64,000 nt of DNA from Octopus vulgaris (GCA_951406725.2 OX597823.1:65038001-65102000), one strand, 5' to 3'. Shown: positions 12,836 to 27,360, counted from the first letter of the stretch. Notes: generated by a model not told the origin, from the sequence alone. Made by a program: numbers and translations.

Positions 12836-13237
12836 ATGTGGCTGTGTGGTAAGAAGCATGTTCCCCAATAACTTGGTTCCGCGTTCAGTCCCATTGCGTG
12901 GCACCTTAGGGGTAAGTCTCGGACAGCTGAACAAAGCCCTGTGAGTGAATTTGGTAGACAGAAATTGAAAGAAACCCGTCCTATATATATATATACTTAT
13001 GTGTGTGTGTTGTGAGTGTGTGTGTCTTTGTGTCTGTGTTCATTACTCCCACCGAATGAGAACCGGTGTTGGTGTATTCACGTCCCCGTAACAAAGCGGT
13101 TCGGCAAAAAGACCGATAGATTAAGTACTAGGCTTTAAAAAATAAGTCCTATGGTCGATTTGTTCGTCTAAAATACTTCAAGGTGATGCCTCAGTATGGG
13201 CTGTCAAATGACTGAAACAAGACAAAAAAGATAAAAG
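12836..13237 (+). mobile_element. SINE family A, diverged, directly following a family B fragment (12700-12830)
   Basis: Colinear with 5003-5422. Confidence 0.85.
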
Positions 13238-13301
<64 letters not shown>

Positions 13302-13319
13302 CATTATATTTTACATTAT

Positions 13320-14282
13320 ATTACATTATATTAAAATTTAATCCTTTATATAATTCCCATCATTATCTATGATTTCCTTCTGTTTATTCATAATTTTAAA
13401 AAATTCCATCGATGAATCACTTTGGGGGTTTTGATCAGAAGAAGGAAGAGAGGTCAGATTGACCTCGTTAGGGATTTTGAGTGCTAATCTATCTAAATGA
13501 ATCTATAAGCTTTGAAGCAAATGATAATCAAAGGGAATGCGATCCAGGAAATGAGGCGGGTGAGAGATTTTTTTCCCCAGCCGAGTTCTTCGATTTCTTC
13601 TGATGTAATATTTGCAGCGTTGTGCCTTGCGTTATCATGATGAAACATCAAAGCAGCATTCAAACATTGTAGTTGTTGGCAGTAAGTGTGAGCAGTAATT
13701 GTTGATTAGTTAGTAGCAGCTCAAAAGTAGATGACTCCAGTGCAATTTCACCAGGCAGAAAGAAGAACCATTTTTGTATGGAGGTCCTTTTTGGTTTGTC
13801 GTTTAGCCTGTTGTCACAACTAAGTCATTGCCTGCTTCTCTTAAAATTTTCATTAAAAATACATTTTTCATCACCAGTCACTAAGCTGTCCAAAAATGGT
13901 GTGATACATTCACGAGAGTGAAGAGATTAACAGATGTCCACTCGTGATTTTCGGTTAGTTTCTGTCCAATCATGGGCGTCCTGTCCGTGGTCTCTTTCTT
14001 AGGGTGAAATCACCATTTTTGGTTTTGCGAACCATCTTTTCTGCAACATTTTTCGTCCAAGTGCTCTTCTTCCTAAACAGAATGGAGATTTTGAGTTGCT
14101 TCTGATGCATTGTTTCCCTTTTTAATTTAGTCAGATTATTCTGTAAAAATAAAAATTATATTAAGTTAAAGGCTTCCGAATTCATATGAGTATCAATCAA
14201 TAACATTTAACATTTTATAATACTGTAAAATGATAGGATTTATATATGATATTTCGGACATCATTTAAGAGATGATCTCATA
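13320..14282 (-). mobile_element. Mariner remnant related to the 392-2041 family
   Basis: Minus strand reads VTGDEK, FHHDNA, HPP..DYHL and EIIDNDGNY; TIR-like catcatttaagagatgatctcata at 14259-14282. Confidence 0.78.
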
Positions 14283-14990
14283 AATCCATCCCTACCACAC
14301 ACATGTGTATGTGTGTTTATAGGCAGATGGATAGATAGTTATAGATACAAACATAATGTATGTATGTGTATGCGTGTTATTTCCAAAATGCACTTTTACA
14401 TTTAATTCTTATTAAAACCTTTTTAATTATTAGTTTTCGTTCGCATTACGAACAACAGGCAGATTTAAGATAAAAACCTATAAAAACATTAAACTGGAAC
14501 ATACTCGTGTTTTTTATATAACATCTCTAAAAGAGATGAAAGCTTTTTCCTACCATGTATATAAACAAACATATATGTGTGTTTGCGTGTGTGCGTGTGC
14601 GTGTGCACGCGTTTGTGTGCGTATTCTGGGAACTGCACTTCTTTCGTATATAGATGAAAATATTGATAGACATTGAAATTGATGTGTGCACGTTTGTGTA
14701 TTAATAATACATTTTGACTATAGAATTTCCAAATCGTATTGGGGGAATCGGGTTGTATGAAATATAGAATGTTATGAATTAAACGGATGCATTATTAAAA
14801 CTTACAAATGATACATTGCTATTCGTTCGTTTTACAATTGATTCAGCATATCGGAAAATTGGGTTACAATTTTCATTGCATTTGGATCCCTGGAAAGTTT
14901 GGAGCCAAGGTAACTTAAACAAAGTACACAACACACACACGCACACATTCACATACACATACACATGTATATATGCAAGTATATGGACAT

Positions 14991-15165
<175 letters not shown>

Positions 15166-15767
15166 ATATATGTATGTATATATGTATGTATATATATATG
15201 TATATATATGTATGTATATGTATAATACATACATGCGTATATATATATGTATATATATATATATATATATATACTTATATATATATATGTATATATAGAA
15301 ACATACATACATTAAATATACAACACAAAATTATATATGCGTGTGCGTATCCATATACATGCATTCGTACAAGCACACTCACTGATACTCACGAACACAC
15401 ATACACACACACACACACATCCCTATACACTCTCCTGTTCCTTTCCGATTTGTTCTTTGTTATTCTGTTTACCTTTGTCTGTGTATTCTGTATGGGTTGC
15501 GCCATTCTTTTTACATAGATTGATATATTCTCGCTTTCGTTTTTGCCTATTCAATCGTTTGTTTCATTTTGTCTTTTGTGTGTGCGTGTGCGTGTGCGTG
15601 CGTGTTGAAAACTTCTTTCTTTTTTAAAATTTTTTTTTATTAATTGTATGTATTCTTGTTTGTTTTGTTTTCGTTTCGTTTCGTTTTCTGTTTGTAAACT
15701 TTTACAAACCACTTTTCTTAATCAATATTTGTTCACAATGTTTATGGTGGATGCTGAATTCTTTTAG

Positions 15768-15855
15768 TGCTCCACAGCCCGATATTGATTTCGAAAGAGT
15801 ATTTCATGGAGGTTTTCCAATATCTTCTCCTATCAGACCATTAAGCTATAACTAA
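15768..15855 (+). CDS. Candidate terminal coding exon (..APQPDIDFERVFHGGFPISSPIRPLSYN*), unidentified
   Basis: Unique island between long T-rich tracts; acceptors ttttag (15767) or ccacag (15777); AATAAA at 16117 followed by GT/T-rich sequence. Confidence 0.3.
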
Positions 15856-17589
15856 TTGGATTTGTTTTATGAAATACAAGTGTGTTTGGTGTCGAGCATA
15901 TAGGCTCTTCTTTTTTTCATTTTTGGAAATATCTATTTTTATTGTGTGTTTGCTTTGTGTTTTTGTTAATTCCCTCTTTTTTCCTTTTTCCTGTGCTTCT
16001 TTTCTTGTTTATTTATATCCTTATTGCTTTCGTTTCATTTTATTCATTCCTTTATTTATTTGTTTATTTATTTATTTTTCTTTTTTGAAAAGAGAAATAG
16101 CTAAAGAAAAGTTTTGAATAAACTATGTTCTCTTTAGTTTGTTTTATTTCGCTTAATTTTAATTTTTTTGTTGTTTTGTTGCTTTGTGTTTTTACTTAGA
16201 AAATTGCTTTGCATAAAGGAAATTTCAGCTTGTGTTGAAGTAAACCAATAACAAAGAATGGGGGAATCTGAGATTTCAGATACAATATAAATGAACAGGC
16301 TTTGTCCCTTTTCCTCTTCGTCAATTGACTACTATGATTTAACTTATACAAGCAGAAAAAAAGACTGCTTCCCACTCAGACAATATTTAAAATCATATAT
16401 ATATTTTTTTCCATAATACTATCATGTCAAACATCGCATAAACGAATATAAATGCACTGATTTGATTGGCTTGTGCTGGAAATAGATTTAAAGTTACACA
16501 GTAATGAAGGGCAAGCAAGCAAAGATTTGAACTACATGAATCATGGCGGCGGTGGAAATGGGTGAAGGATAATTTTATGTGAAACACAACACCGCTAATA
16601 TTTACATTTTCTCTATTTATGAACGTAAAATAACGAATTCAAATAGTTATATTTAAGTTACTAATTATATCCGAATCGAATTCAAGAAATGAGGTTTTGC
16701 TAAAATTATTTAATATTTTTAGACTGTCTAACGATGCCATTTATTTCTTTTGGTAATGCTTCAATTTCAATCAATTTTTTATCTGACCGTCTTTTGTAGT
16801 ACTATGCTTTTACAGATAAACATTACTTTGGGATATACTAATAGATAATGTACCGGTATTCTGCATTATTTTCAGTGTCTTGAAGTTCTACTTCAGTTGG
16901 GTATTCTGTATTTCATAAATATGAAGCAATTGACACATCGTCTATCGAACCCAGAGGAAAATATGAGGAAGTTTCAATTTAGCTATTTGGATTTGCAATT
17001 GAATTAATACGATTTTAATGTTTCAATTTAACAAAAAACAAACAACATCAATATACGAGAGGAATTATCTCACAATGCAAACTACAGAATATTATTGCTA
17101 AAGATACTAAAAGCACTTAGATGCAGTAATTAAATTGTCACGTTCAAACAAAATAACAAAAAAAACCTGTGTCTACGTGCGGCATTGAGCAACTAGCTGG
17201 ATGCTCGAACTGTTATAAATAACAGCTAAATTTTCTGAAAGTGTCCATGCCATATTTACAAACAAACAATAAGGACACATTAGATAATATAGTTCTGGAT
17301 TGCTTGTGTTCAAATAAAAGATATGATGGTCAATGTCGAGATGTATTTCATTTTAAATTTGCTTGTAAAGCCTGAAGCAAAATATCAACAGAAACTCCTC
17401 CACTACCACCACCACAACAACAACAACTGCAGCAGCGGCAACAACAACAAGATGTGCACCATAAATCTGAACTAAAATAAAACAGGTTGATTGTTCAATC
17501 GTTTATTCATTCAGAAAAACAAGAGTTGAATTGTATTTTTATAATTAGTTGTATATATTGATGAACTATTGCTCAGCCATGTTATGCTG

Positions 17590-17620
<31 letters not shown>

Positions 17621-18309
17621 CATACATACATACATACATACATACATACATACATACATACATACATACATACATACACATAATACGTACGTATGTGTGT
17701 GTGTATATGCACGTGCGCTTGTATCCTTCTAGCATTGTATTGTAAAGAAAATAAAACAAGACGTTTTCTATTAAAGAAAAAGAAAATCTTATAATTATAG
17801 ATGTAGTTTTTTCTTTAGGGAGGGGGGCTTCCATCTTGATTATATTTCGGTATTAATGTTTGTTTCTTTAAAATAATTTCTGTTCTATAGCTTAGATGAA
17901 GAATTAAAAAAAAATATTTTTCTATATATCTAATTATTTTTGTTCTCGATATTTATTTGCGTTATTCACAGATTTTATTATTTCCCTCATGGCATCATTG
18001 AAATGTGGACAATATTTCATTTAGAAGTGTAATTTTGCTAGCTATGGTCGTTTTTCTTTCTTTCTATGACTTGCATTATCTCTTTAAAAAATATATTTAT
18101 ATATTATTTTCCTAAGCATCCGTGATTTAGTGGCAATGCTTTATCTTTTAATCTAAATGGAAGATTTAATGATAAACTTATTACTAAACAAAGAGATAAT
18201 GAAATGAAAAACAAAATTGTATGAAGCTTTTCTCATGGCTTAGTAGAGCCGCTAAGTTGATAATGTGTTCGGCTCCTGACTGATAATGCAATGGTTCATA
18301 TTTTCATTT

Positions 18310-18550
18310 CTTATTTCTTAATTGCCCACAAGGGGCTAAACATAGAGGGGACAAACAAGGACAGACAAAGGGATTAACTCGATTACATAGACCCCAGTGC
18401 GTAACTGGTACTTAATTTATCGACCCCGAAAGGATGAAAGGCAAAGTCGACCTCGGCAGAATTTGAACTCAGAACGTAACGACATACGAAATACCTATTT
18501 CTTTACTACCCACAAGGGGCTAAACACAGAGAACAAACAAGGACAGACAC
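18310..18550 (-). mobile_element. SINE family B, composite/dimeric form
   Basis: Contains the junction gaaatacc|tatttctttactac also present at ~38935. Confidence 0.85.
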
Positions 18551-18645
18551 AACAACTGAAGTACGGTATAATCAACTAGCGGTGGCCTTATTTTTGGGAA
18601 CGTTATGCGTTGACACTACCATCTCTGAAATGGTGAATTAGCTAA

Positions 18646-19293
18646 TACAGTAATCCCTCGAGTATCGCGGGTGTTGCGTTTCAAAACTCACCGCGATAGG
18701 TGAAAATCCGCAAAGTAGAAACAGTACTGTACAGAATACTCTTTACTCTCTTACTTGTTTCAGTCATTTGACTGTAGCCATGCTAGAGCACCACCTTTTG
18801 TTGAGCAAATCGACCCCAGGACTTATTCATTGTAAACCTAGTATTTATTCTATCGGACTCTTTTGCCGAACCGCTAAGTTATGGGGACGTGAACACACCA
18901 GCATTGGTTGCCAAGCGATGGTGGGGGAGGGGAGACAAACACAGACACAAACATATACACACACATACATATATACATATATATATACATATATACGACG
19001 GGCTTCTTTCAGTTTCCGTCTACCAAATCCACTCACAAGGCTTTGGTAAGTCCGAAGACACTTGCCCAAGGTGCCACGCAGTGGGATTGAACCCGGAGCC
19101 ATGTGCATCATAAGCAGCTACTTACTACACAGCCACTCTTACGCCTATAATTTTTAATTCTTATTTTTATAATTTGTATATATTTATTTTATTATAAATG
19201 TAAAATACCACTACGGCGGAATCGGTGTAAGCTTAAATAATAAACCGCGATATGGGAACCGCGATAGATGAACCGCAATATGGCTGGGGATAA
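18646..19293. mobile_element. Tigger/pogo-like MITE interrupted by a family A SINE (18740-19146, -)
   Basis: Left end TA-CAGTAATCCCTCG; degenerate right end ..ggggataac; repeated ccgcgata subterminal motifs. Confidence 0.65.
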
Positions 19294-19872
19294 CAATAAA
19301 GTTAAATTTTTACTCTATTGCGATCGTAACCATGTCGCTACGCTGCGTCAGAATAAAATGTGTGGTTGTTAGTCTTTAAATTATATCCATATACAGGTTC
19401 TGGTTTAAAACTATGTGTGAACATTTAAGTTTTACAGATAAGCGTATAGTAAACTCATCATAACGTGAATAATTTAGTTAAATGTAAAAACATTGAAAGA
19501 AAAAGAAATGTATTTGTTTTGCTTGCTAATAACATCAATAAAACCCATTTCTAACATAACAGCTTTTTTTAATGTGAAAATTTTGATTCCTTCAATTAGA
19601 TTTCTTTTTCTTGATACTAAAGAATATAACCCAAATATACTGTGAGTTGCCTTGGGTGTTTAATAGGGAGCTATCTTCAAGTATTTATTTTTGAAACGTC
19701 AACCAAATTACGGGGTACCATAAGAACTCAGGCACTTATTCTATCAGCATATTTTTAAGAAACCGCTCGATTACAAGGCCGATAACAAACCAACATCGGT
19801 TGTCAGGCGTTGGAGGTACAAGCACAAAAACAGAAGTGTGCGTGTATATATATCACACACACACATGCATAC

Positions 19873-19920
<48 letters not shown>

Positions 19921-20182
19921 GTCGGGCTTCTATGCAGTTTCCGTCTACCAAAACCAACTTCATTAACAAAGTGCTGGTTAGCCCGGTTCTAGAGTAGAAC
20001 ACACTTGCCCAAGGTACCGTGCAACGGGATTGAACTCGATACTTCGTGGTCTCAAAGTAAACTTCAGAACACAGCCTATACATGCGTTTAAATTATGAAA
20101 GCAATGAACGCAAAATGAAAAAGAGAGGAGGGACACGTATTAACAAATGTGGTGCTAACTTCTCGCTTAAAAGAAAAAAGCT

Positions 20183-20214
20183 TACAGACGTTTCAGACGA
20201 TAGTCCTTCGTCAG
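20183..20214 (-). ncRNA. Minimal hammerhead ribozyme-like motif (Penelope type)
   Basis: Minus strand reads CTGACGA-a-GGAC-tatc-GTCT-GAAA-C-GTC. Confidence 0.6.
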
Positions 20215-21917
20215 AAAAATGACAGAAGGAAAATGGAGTGTTAGAGAAAAATGGAACGGAAAAACAACACGGATGTAAATTAGGTGCCTTGTGGGAATGC
20301 GGTTCTTTGAGGGAGTTAAGAAGGGTGTAGTTAGTAGGTTTCCGTATAGGAATGTATCTGTGAATGGAGATGTGCATAAGGGTGGAGATATATGTTTGGA
20401 TTGTTTTCGACGTATATCTATAGAGGTGCGCAAGTGCAGAAGTGAGGAGGAGGCAGAGGGCGTAAATGTTAGTTGAAAGAAAAGGCTCATGGAATATGAA
20501 GGGTGTGGTAGAAGTGTGTGGTAGAAATGTGTGAAGAATGGGAGATGCTGTTAGTTATGATGTACGGGAAGGAAAGTGAAAATGGTAAAAGAAACATTAC
20601 ATTGCAATATAATGAAAAAATGCTTGCACATACACACATCTATTTATATATAAAAATATATATCTTTAAGCAGGTAACAACAAAACTAAACATTCTCGAA
20701 ACACTCAAGAAGCAATGCTAATCAATGATGATGTTACTATGCCGTCGCTCACTCTGCTAGAAATAATCTTCTAATGACCCGCTTCTGTCATAAAAAAAGG
20801 AATAACGCACAAAATATGATCTAAGTATATTGTATCTTTAAGTCACCGCTGGAACATCTTTAATTATACGTCTGCTCAGTCAAGGGAGACCAGGAGACAA
20901 GCAACAACAGGAAATTACAACTGTACATTGTTTTGTTTTGCTTCGAATTATTAAATTATTTCGACTGTTTTACTGTTGAAGCAAAACAGAAATAATTTTC
21001 AATGGCTATCATTACAAAAACAGGAAAACACATTTATAAGAACAGCTTGCTATGTTACTGCTGCGAGTAATTTTTTTTTTAAGCTGTTAAGAAATGCAAA
21101 TTATCCAAAATGAAACAGAAATTATAAAAAAACAACCTGGCTGTCAGGTATCTAACATAATGACAGATTAGAGAGTTAATTTTTTGCACAGCAGTGAAAA
21201 CTTTTCCTTTTCTTTTGTTTAATTAGAATCTATATCTTTACTTGTTCTATACATTCAATAGTTTTATTGTCTTTTTGCTCCTACAGCTGTGTTATCTCAA
21301 GTTTAAATATAGAAAATGAAAATAAAAGAATATCAAGACTTATGTTTGGTTTCATCGAAACTGCTGTCACGTCTTATTACAGTCTGAATATTCTGTAGGC
21401 TCCATGTGATTTAATATATATTACATGATTAAATTACATTGTATGTTAAAAGCTCGTTGGCTTGTGTTATTATCTAAGTGTGATTATTTTTACGTTAAAT
21501 TTCAGTTTTTTATTTCGTGTTTTCTCTTGCAGCAAAGTTGTCTTTTTTTATTTTAGATAACATTTGATTAACATTGACTATTTTGTTTGAAGTCTAAATG
21601 ATAAATAATACAAGAATAGACTAATTTCGAAATAAGCTCTACCTGCGATATTCCTTGTTTACCATTCTTTATTCAAAGGAATAACAGTAAAATAAGAAAA
21701 AAAGTACAAAAAGTAAGAGTGGGTGTGGGGTTTAAAAAAAAAGAGTAAAAACAGATAATTTGGAAATTAATGCTTTAATGTTCGGACAAGTATATTTTAT
21801 GAGGAATTAATTAGAACATTAATATTTATTTGAAGAGCTCAGATGCTTTTACTGATGCCAATATTTCAAGTTTATGTGCTAATCAAATGAGAAACATATC
21901 CTGTTGTATATTAGATA

Positions 21918-23500
21918 TACGAGATTTGTACCAAAAGTAATGCAAACGAGGGCATAATTTTTCTATTAACTGATTCAAATCATTGAAATTGCACATCTGG
22001 ATATAATAACTCTTTTTTATTGCAAGCAAGTAACGGGTTCCGAGCAGGAACAACATGTTGACGTCATTGAGTTTATGATAAAGGAGGAGTATCCCTATGA
22101 ATGCAGGTTGGTTGAAATTTACAGAAGGCTACATGATATTTTTACGGAGATGGCGCTATTAAAAAGAGCTATTAACGCGTGAATGATGTTTAAAGGAGAA
22201 ACCACGCAGTAGAAAACAGTTGTAGTGGTTATATGTAGTCAGTATCAGGTGTTGATATGGCTGCGTGATATTATTACAAGAGTTCATATAGAGATGAAGA
22301 ATAAATTCAGGAACTAGAACTATATATTAACTATATAAAAATATATTTTATTTACTCGTCAATGATGATACACAATCAAAATGTAGAATCTAGTTGAATG
22401 AAGTAATCTACACAAAAAAGTTCAGAGATAGGAAATGCAGAATAACAGCTAAGTGGTGGCTTTCAGTCATGTGGCGTAGAGAAATAGACAGACATAGCAA
22501 TGACGTGAGTGGTTCTTAGTCTAATCGACGAAGAAGCGAAGGGTTGGCAAGCTGTTTTTATTAATGGAACGCTAGACATTCTAGAAACTTCCAAGAGAAA
22601 CGCTAAGCTTCTTGAATGATTAAAATTCACGTCTCATGACACAGATGCTTCGAGAAACTTAGAAAGGGGGCTTTACTCTATAATCTTGCTTGCCAGGGAG
22701 ATCATTCATCAATCTAGCTACCGCTACAAAGTCAACCGCTGACACGAATTGCCCGCAATTTAACGAATTGATTCGGGCGAACAGATGAGTGATAAAACGA
22801 ACTTGCTACACAATTGAACTACTTACACAATGCTTTACAGAAGACAGGAAATGGAAATTTTCAGTGAGCAAAAAGCACACACGAGTTGAAAGAGTGGAGA
22901 ACAAAAGTGTATTGTGATCTGCCGGAAGGCTTTGGAGCTTACAAAGACCTTTTCCCAGTCTGGTGACAAAATATGAAATGTGGACGTATGTTTATGATCC
23001 GGAAGCAAAGGCACAATTCATAGAATGGAGTCATATCCTTAGGCATGTGAAATTTCGGAGCCAGCGATCGGCACAGAGAGTCAGTGTGATTGTTTTCTTA
23101 TTATTGAGATGACTAGGGATTCGTTCTCCTTGATTCTTTGGAACATGAAAAATACACTGGGTCTCTATAAAAGCTTAGAGGAGCCACTAGGGGTAGGGAA
23201 CTGAATAAGAATATGAGAAAAATCCACATTCACTATGACAAGGCATGGTCACACACATCTTTGCCAACAAATCATGAAATCAGGATACTGAGCTGGTCTC
23301 TTGACCCCCATCTTCTGTATAGCCCGGATCTGTTATCCTATGACATCCACCTGTTCATTCGAACGAAGACAGTTATAGGAGACAATGTTTTGATGACACA
23401 AACTGAAAGTCGCTGTGAAAAATTGAATACAACAATGCGCTTCTGATTTTTTCAAAGACCATGTTGAGTATTACCTTTGTATTCAGGAAGTGTAACTCTA
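21918..23500 (+). mobile_element. Mariner fossil with a nested solo LTR
   Basis: Starts tacgagatttgtaccaaaagtaatgc; LVT..EMW.YVYDPE.K.Q..EW, IHYDKAWSHT and PHLLYSPDL..YDIHLF motifs. Confidence 0.8.
22221..22810. mobile_element. Solo LTR (590 bp)
   Basis: TGTAG...CTACA termini and near-identical 4-bp flanks cagt/caat; it interrupts the mariner coding region. Confidence 0.6.
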
Positions 23501-24539
23501 TCAACATGTGCAGGTTGAACAATGTATGTCAATTAATAAAGTGTTATGCCTACTTTTGTTTACCTGTACGTCATGGAAATCAGGATAAATTCTGTCCTCA
23601 TAAGCCTGTAACTAAATAAGCACAGTTGTAGAAGTGCTATTTTGTCGTATAAAATGTTATCTCTTGCCAATCATTTTGCCAATAATTTCTTTTAATCTCT
23701 TGCCAATAATTTCTTTTAATTGTAATAAAGAACACGAGCATGCAGCATGACATATTGCACATAACCATATAGGATTATTCCTTCTGACGCGCAACATGAC
23801 AACATGTTATTTTTCTGATGGTATATAAGCCTCGTGAATCTTTCAAAACGCATTTAGCTCAATAATTAGATGTTTGGAAAGTTAAATATAACTGGGTGTG
23901 CCATAAAATAAATATGTTTCAAATTTTGGCATAAGACGAACAGTTTTGGGGAGGAGGTATGCAAGTCGATTACGTCAACCCCTGAGCTTAACTGGTACAT
24001 ATTTAAATTACCATAAAGACGGAAGAAGTGCTGCTATGCATTTAGCCCGGCGCGGTAACGATTCAACCAGCTCGCCGCGTCATAAAATATTACGACTGTT
24101 AAACTGGGTTACAAAGCCATTTCATTTTTACAGTAGGTAAATTGAACTGGTTCTATATAGAATGCTTCCACAATTATCATCAATAGTATTCTTGAAATAA
24201 AATGTTTCTTAGAGTACACATCCGTTCATAATAGTTTCTTAAATCTTGCTCTTATCATTTAGTAAGAAGAATAGCTATAATAGATATTCTATTTTATGGA
24301 AGGCAATTACTGAGGAATGTACTCGGCACAGACATGTACAACACATCAAGGATGACTAGATATGTAACTACACGTGTTGTTGGTGATTTTTTCTCTTTGG
24401 ACTTTTCCTTTTCCCTCTTTTCTTTCTGACAAAGATCTATGTTCGAAAAGTCAAAACCTTTCTCTTTTTACTGAGCGTCAGACTAACCATGTGCACGACC
24501 TCTTGTTTCTTGTTATGTTTAATGTTCGCGTATTTGATT

Positions 24540-24591
<52 letters not shown>

Positions 24592-24704
24592 GTGTGCGTG
24601 TCATGTTTTATGCATTGTATATATTCTTTTTTTTTTAATTGTGTGTTTACATTCATGCATTAATATATATAATGTATATAAATTCCTGTTCTTTATATAT
24701 TCAG

Positions 24705-24815
24705 ATGCTTTTCGTTGGCGTAACAGTAGAAGTCAACATGCCGTACATACATTTCAACTCTCTTCAGCATACTTTCTCCCCTATGGCAATTGGAACGGAA
24801 TTTCAACCTAAACAG
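24705..24815 (+). CDS. Candidate 111-bp exon (MLFVGVTVEVNMPYIHFNSLQHTFSPMAIGTEFQPKQ), unidentified
   Basis: Acceptor tattcag, donor CAG|gtatga, length divisible by 3, phase-0 frame open; no recognisable domain. Confidence 0.25.
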
Positions 24816-26811
24816 GTATGATCGTATTTAATGTATTTCTCAGACTAAACCTGTTATTGCTCCTTCATAATTCCTTTGCATAATGAAGCACAAGATTCAT
24901 TCCAGTCATTTTAAATGGAGAAAGAGAGATTTACAACTTGGATATTATTCTCTTCGATATAGTAAACATTCTTTATTGTTTCTGCTTTCTCAGACCTGGT
25001 TCGGGGCAAAACAGTTTAGAGGTATTTCAGTACATATACATGCTTGATGTGTATCAACAATCTGTATCTGTTTCAAAACCGTCTAGAATGAATGACAATC
25101 GTTTATGTAGAAAAGCAAAATATTTACCAAAATCAATTTTGTTTGTGCTAAGAGAACAATAAGATATGCTTACATAGTAAACATTATAAACTATCGGTGT
25201 TTATGTGTGTATAATAATTTTACGGTAAAAGTAAATTTTTGATTGGTTGTTTCTTTTGATGATGTCTTTTGTTCTTCTCGTGGGTGTTTTGGTCAAAATA
25301 GTTTTGTTTCAGCAAAGTCCATCGTTCTGGGTGGTTGGCTTCCTGGTGACGTCATTTGTATGACAAATATTTTCTTTCTTTGTTGACCACGGTAAGGGAA
25401 CACATTCTGATTGGTTTTAAGCTTAATTATATCATTTGTTTTAATCAAAATATTTATATTTGGCTTAGTTCAGCGTTCTGGTTGGTTGACTTCCTGGTGA
25501 GGACTTGGTAACTTGTTTTTGCCTGATGGTCTTTTAGTAAACGGACTGGTTCCATTCCTTACGAAGTCACTGGTTCGGTCGGCTCGACGTTTATTTGTTT
25601 ATTTCCTGAGAGTCCGACTTTCACCTGAGAAAAGTCTAATTGGTTTAGACTAAGGTGACGTCAAATAAAATGGCTGAGCGCTCCAAAGACACGCGTACCT
25701 TTAACGTAGTGCTTAGGGAGTTTCAGCGTGACAAAGTTGGCCCTTTGAATTACAACGAGTGAGTGACCTGGAGCAACGTGAAATAAAGAGTCTTGCTCAA
25801 GGATACAACGCGCAATCTTTGAGTTTCTTTTATTTCTTTTATATACAACTTAATAAAAAAGCAAATACACACTCAGACACACGCATTTATACATACATAA
25901 CTGGCTTCCCGTCAGTTACAACGACGAAGGTTCGAGTTGATCCGATCAACGGAACAGCTTGCTCGCGAAATTAACATGCAAGTGGCTGAGCACTCCACAG
26001 ACACGTGTACGCTTAACATAGTTCTCGGGGAGACGCATACTGTGACAAGGCTGGCCTTTTGAAATACAGCTACTAATCATTATTGACAGCTGAGTTGACT
26101 GGAGCAAGGTGAATTAAAGTGTCTTGCTCAAGGACAGGACTCGCTGCCAGGAAATCGAACTCATGACTTTACAATCATGAACTAAATACTCTAATCACAA
26201 AGCCATGCACCTTCTCCACACGTGTGTTTATGTTTGTCCCCCACCACCGTTTGATAACTGGTGAAATTATTTTGTGGGACGGCTCCGGCTATAGGCCGAG
26301 TTCATAGTGAAGATCCATCCGCCACCATCCATTGGTCCGGAAGAGCAGACAATTTTCCTCTATGATAGCAGTAGCGAAAGCGGTTGTATGGTGGAACAGG
26401 GTGAAAGGATTGAAGACGGTCACTTTTCGGCCAATCCCTCATCAACTTATTCAAATTTCACTTGGAAAGGAAGATAAGGGTGGAGAGAGAAGTGCTGCCT
26501 CCCAGTATATTTGCTAAAAGGTGGGTAAATGTAGCGAAAATGGCACATGTTTGTGGACCTACACCAATAATGCGCCCGTAGGCTAGTGAATTTGAGAGGA
26601 AAAAGGGTGCCCTTCTCGGAAAAAGCGTCGAGTGGTTCAGGATTAGTGAGTTACCTGAGCCAACTCCAGGTGGTTACCCACCTATTGGGGAACTTTCATT
26701 GTTATATTATTCTTATTTGATAATATTGTTATTGTTTTAACTGTGTACTCCCCACTGTCCACGTCTACTGTATTGCCCCGTATATGTCGGCCCTGGTGAC
26801 AATAAATGAAA

Positions 26812-26929
<118 letters not shown>

Positions 26930-26950
26930 TATTATTATTATTATTATTAT

Positions 26951-27269
26951 TGTGTGAGAGAGCAGGGCATGCCATCAAAGCGACACTGGGGTAAAATATA
27001 CAAAGCCCAGTATACCCATCATGACTTCCCGTCTGATAAGGGTACACCAGGCACATGCATCACAACCATATGTGCGCGACATCGTGATCTCATATCAAGA
27101 TAAACAGCGCATGACCTTGCAGGTGGGGCCCAGTTAGAATTTTCTTCTGGTCATGTAGCCCATCCTGCTCAAAAGGTCCCTGAATAAGGATTGTTTAAGG
27201 GTGTTGAACGAACCACCCATGTTTCCAAAGGTGAATTATCCAAACCTCCAAGAATTCTTTTCAATACAA

Positions 27270-27270
<1 letters not shown>
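26951..27270 (-). mobile_element. (TAA)n-embedded repeat, second copy
   Basis: Homologous to 11783-12100; flanked on both sides by (TTA)n. Confidence 0.65.
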
Positions 27271-27339
<69 letters not shown>

Positions 27340-27360
27340 ATTCTTCTTCTTCTTCTTCTT

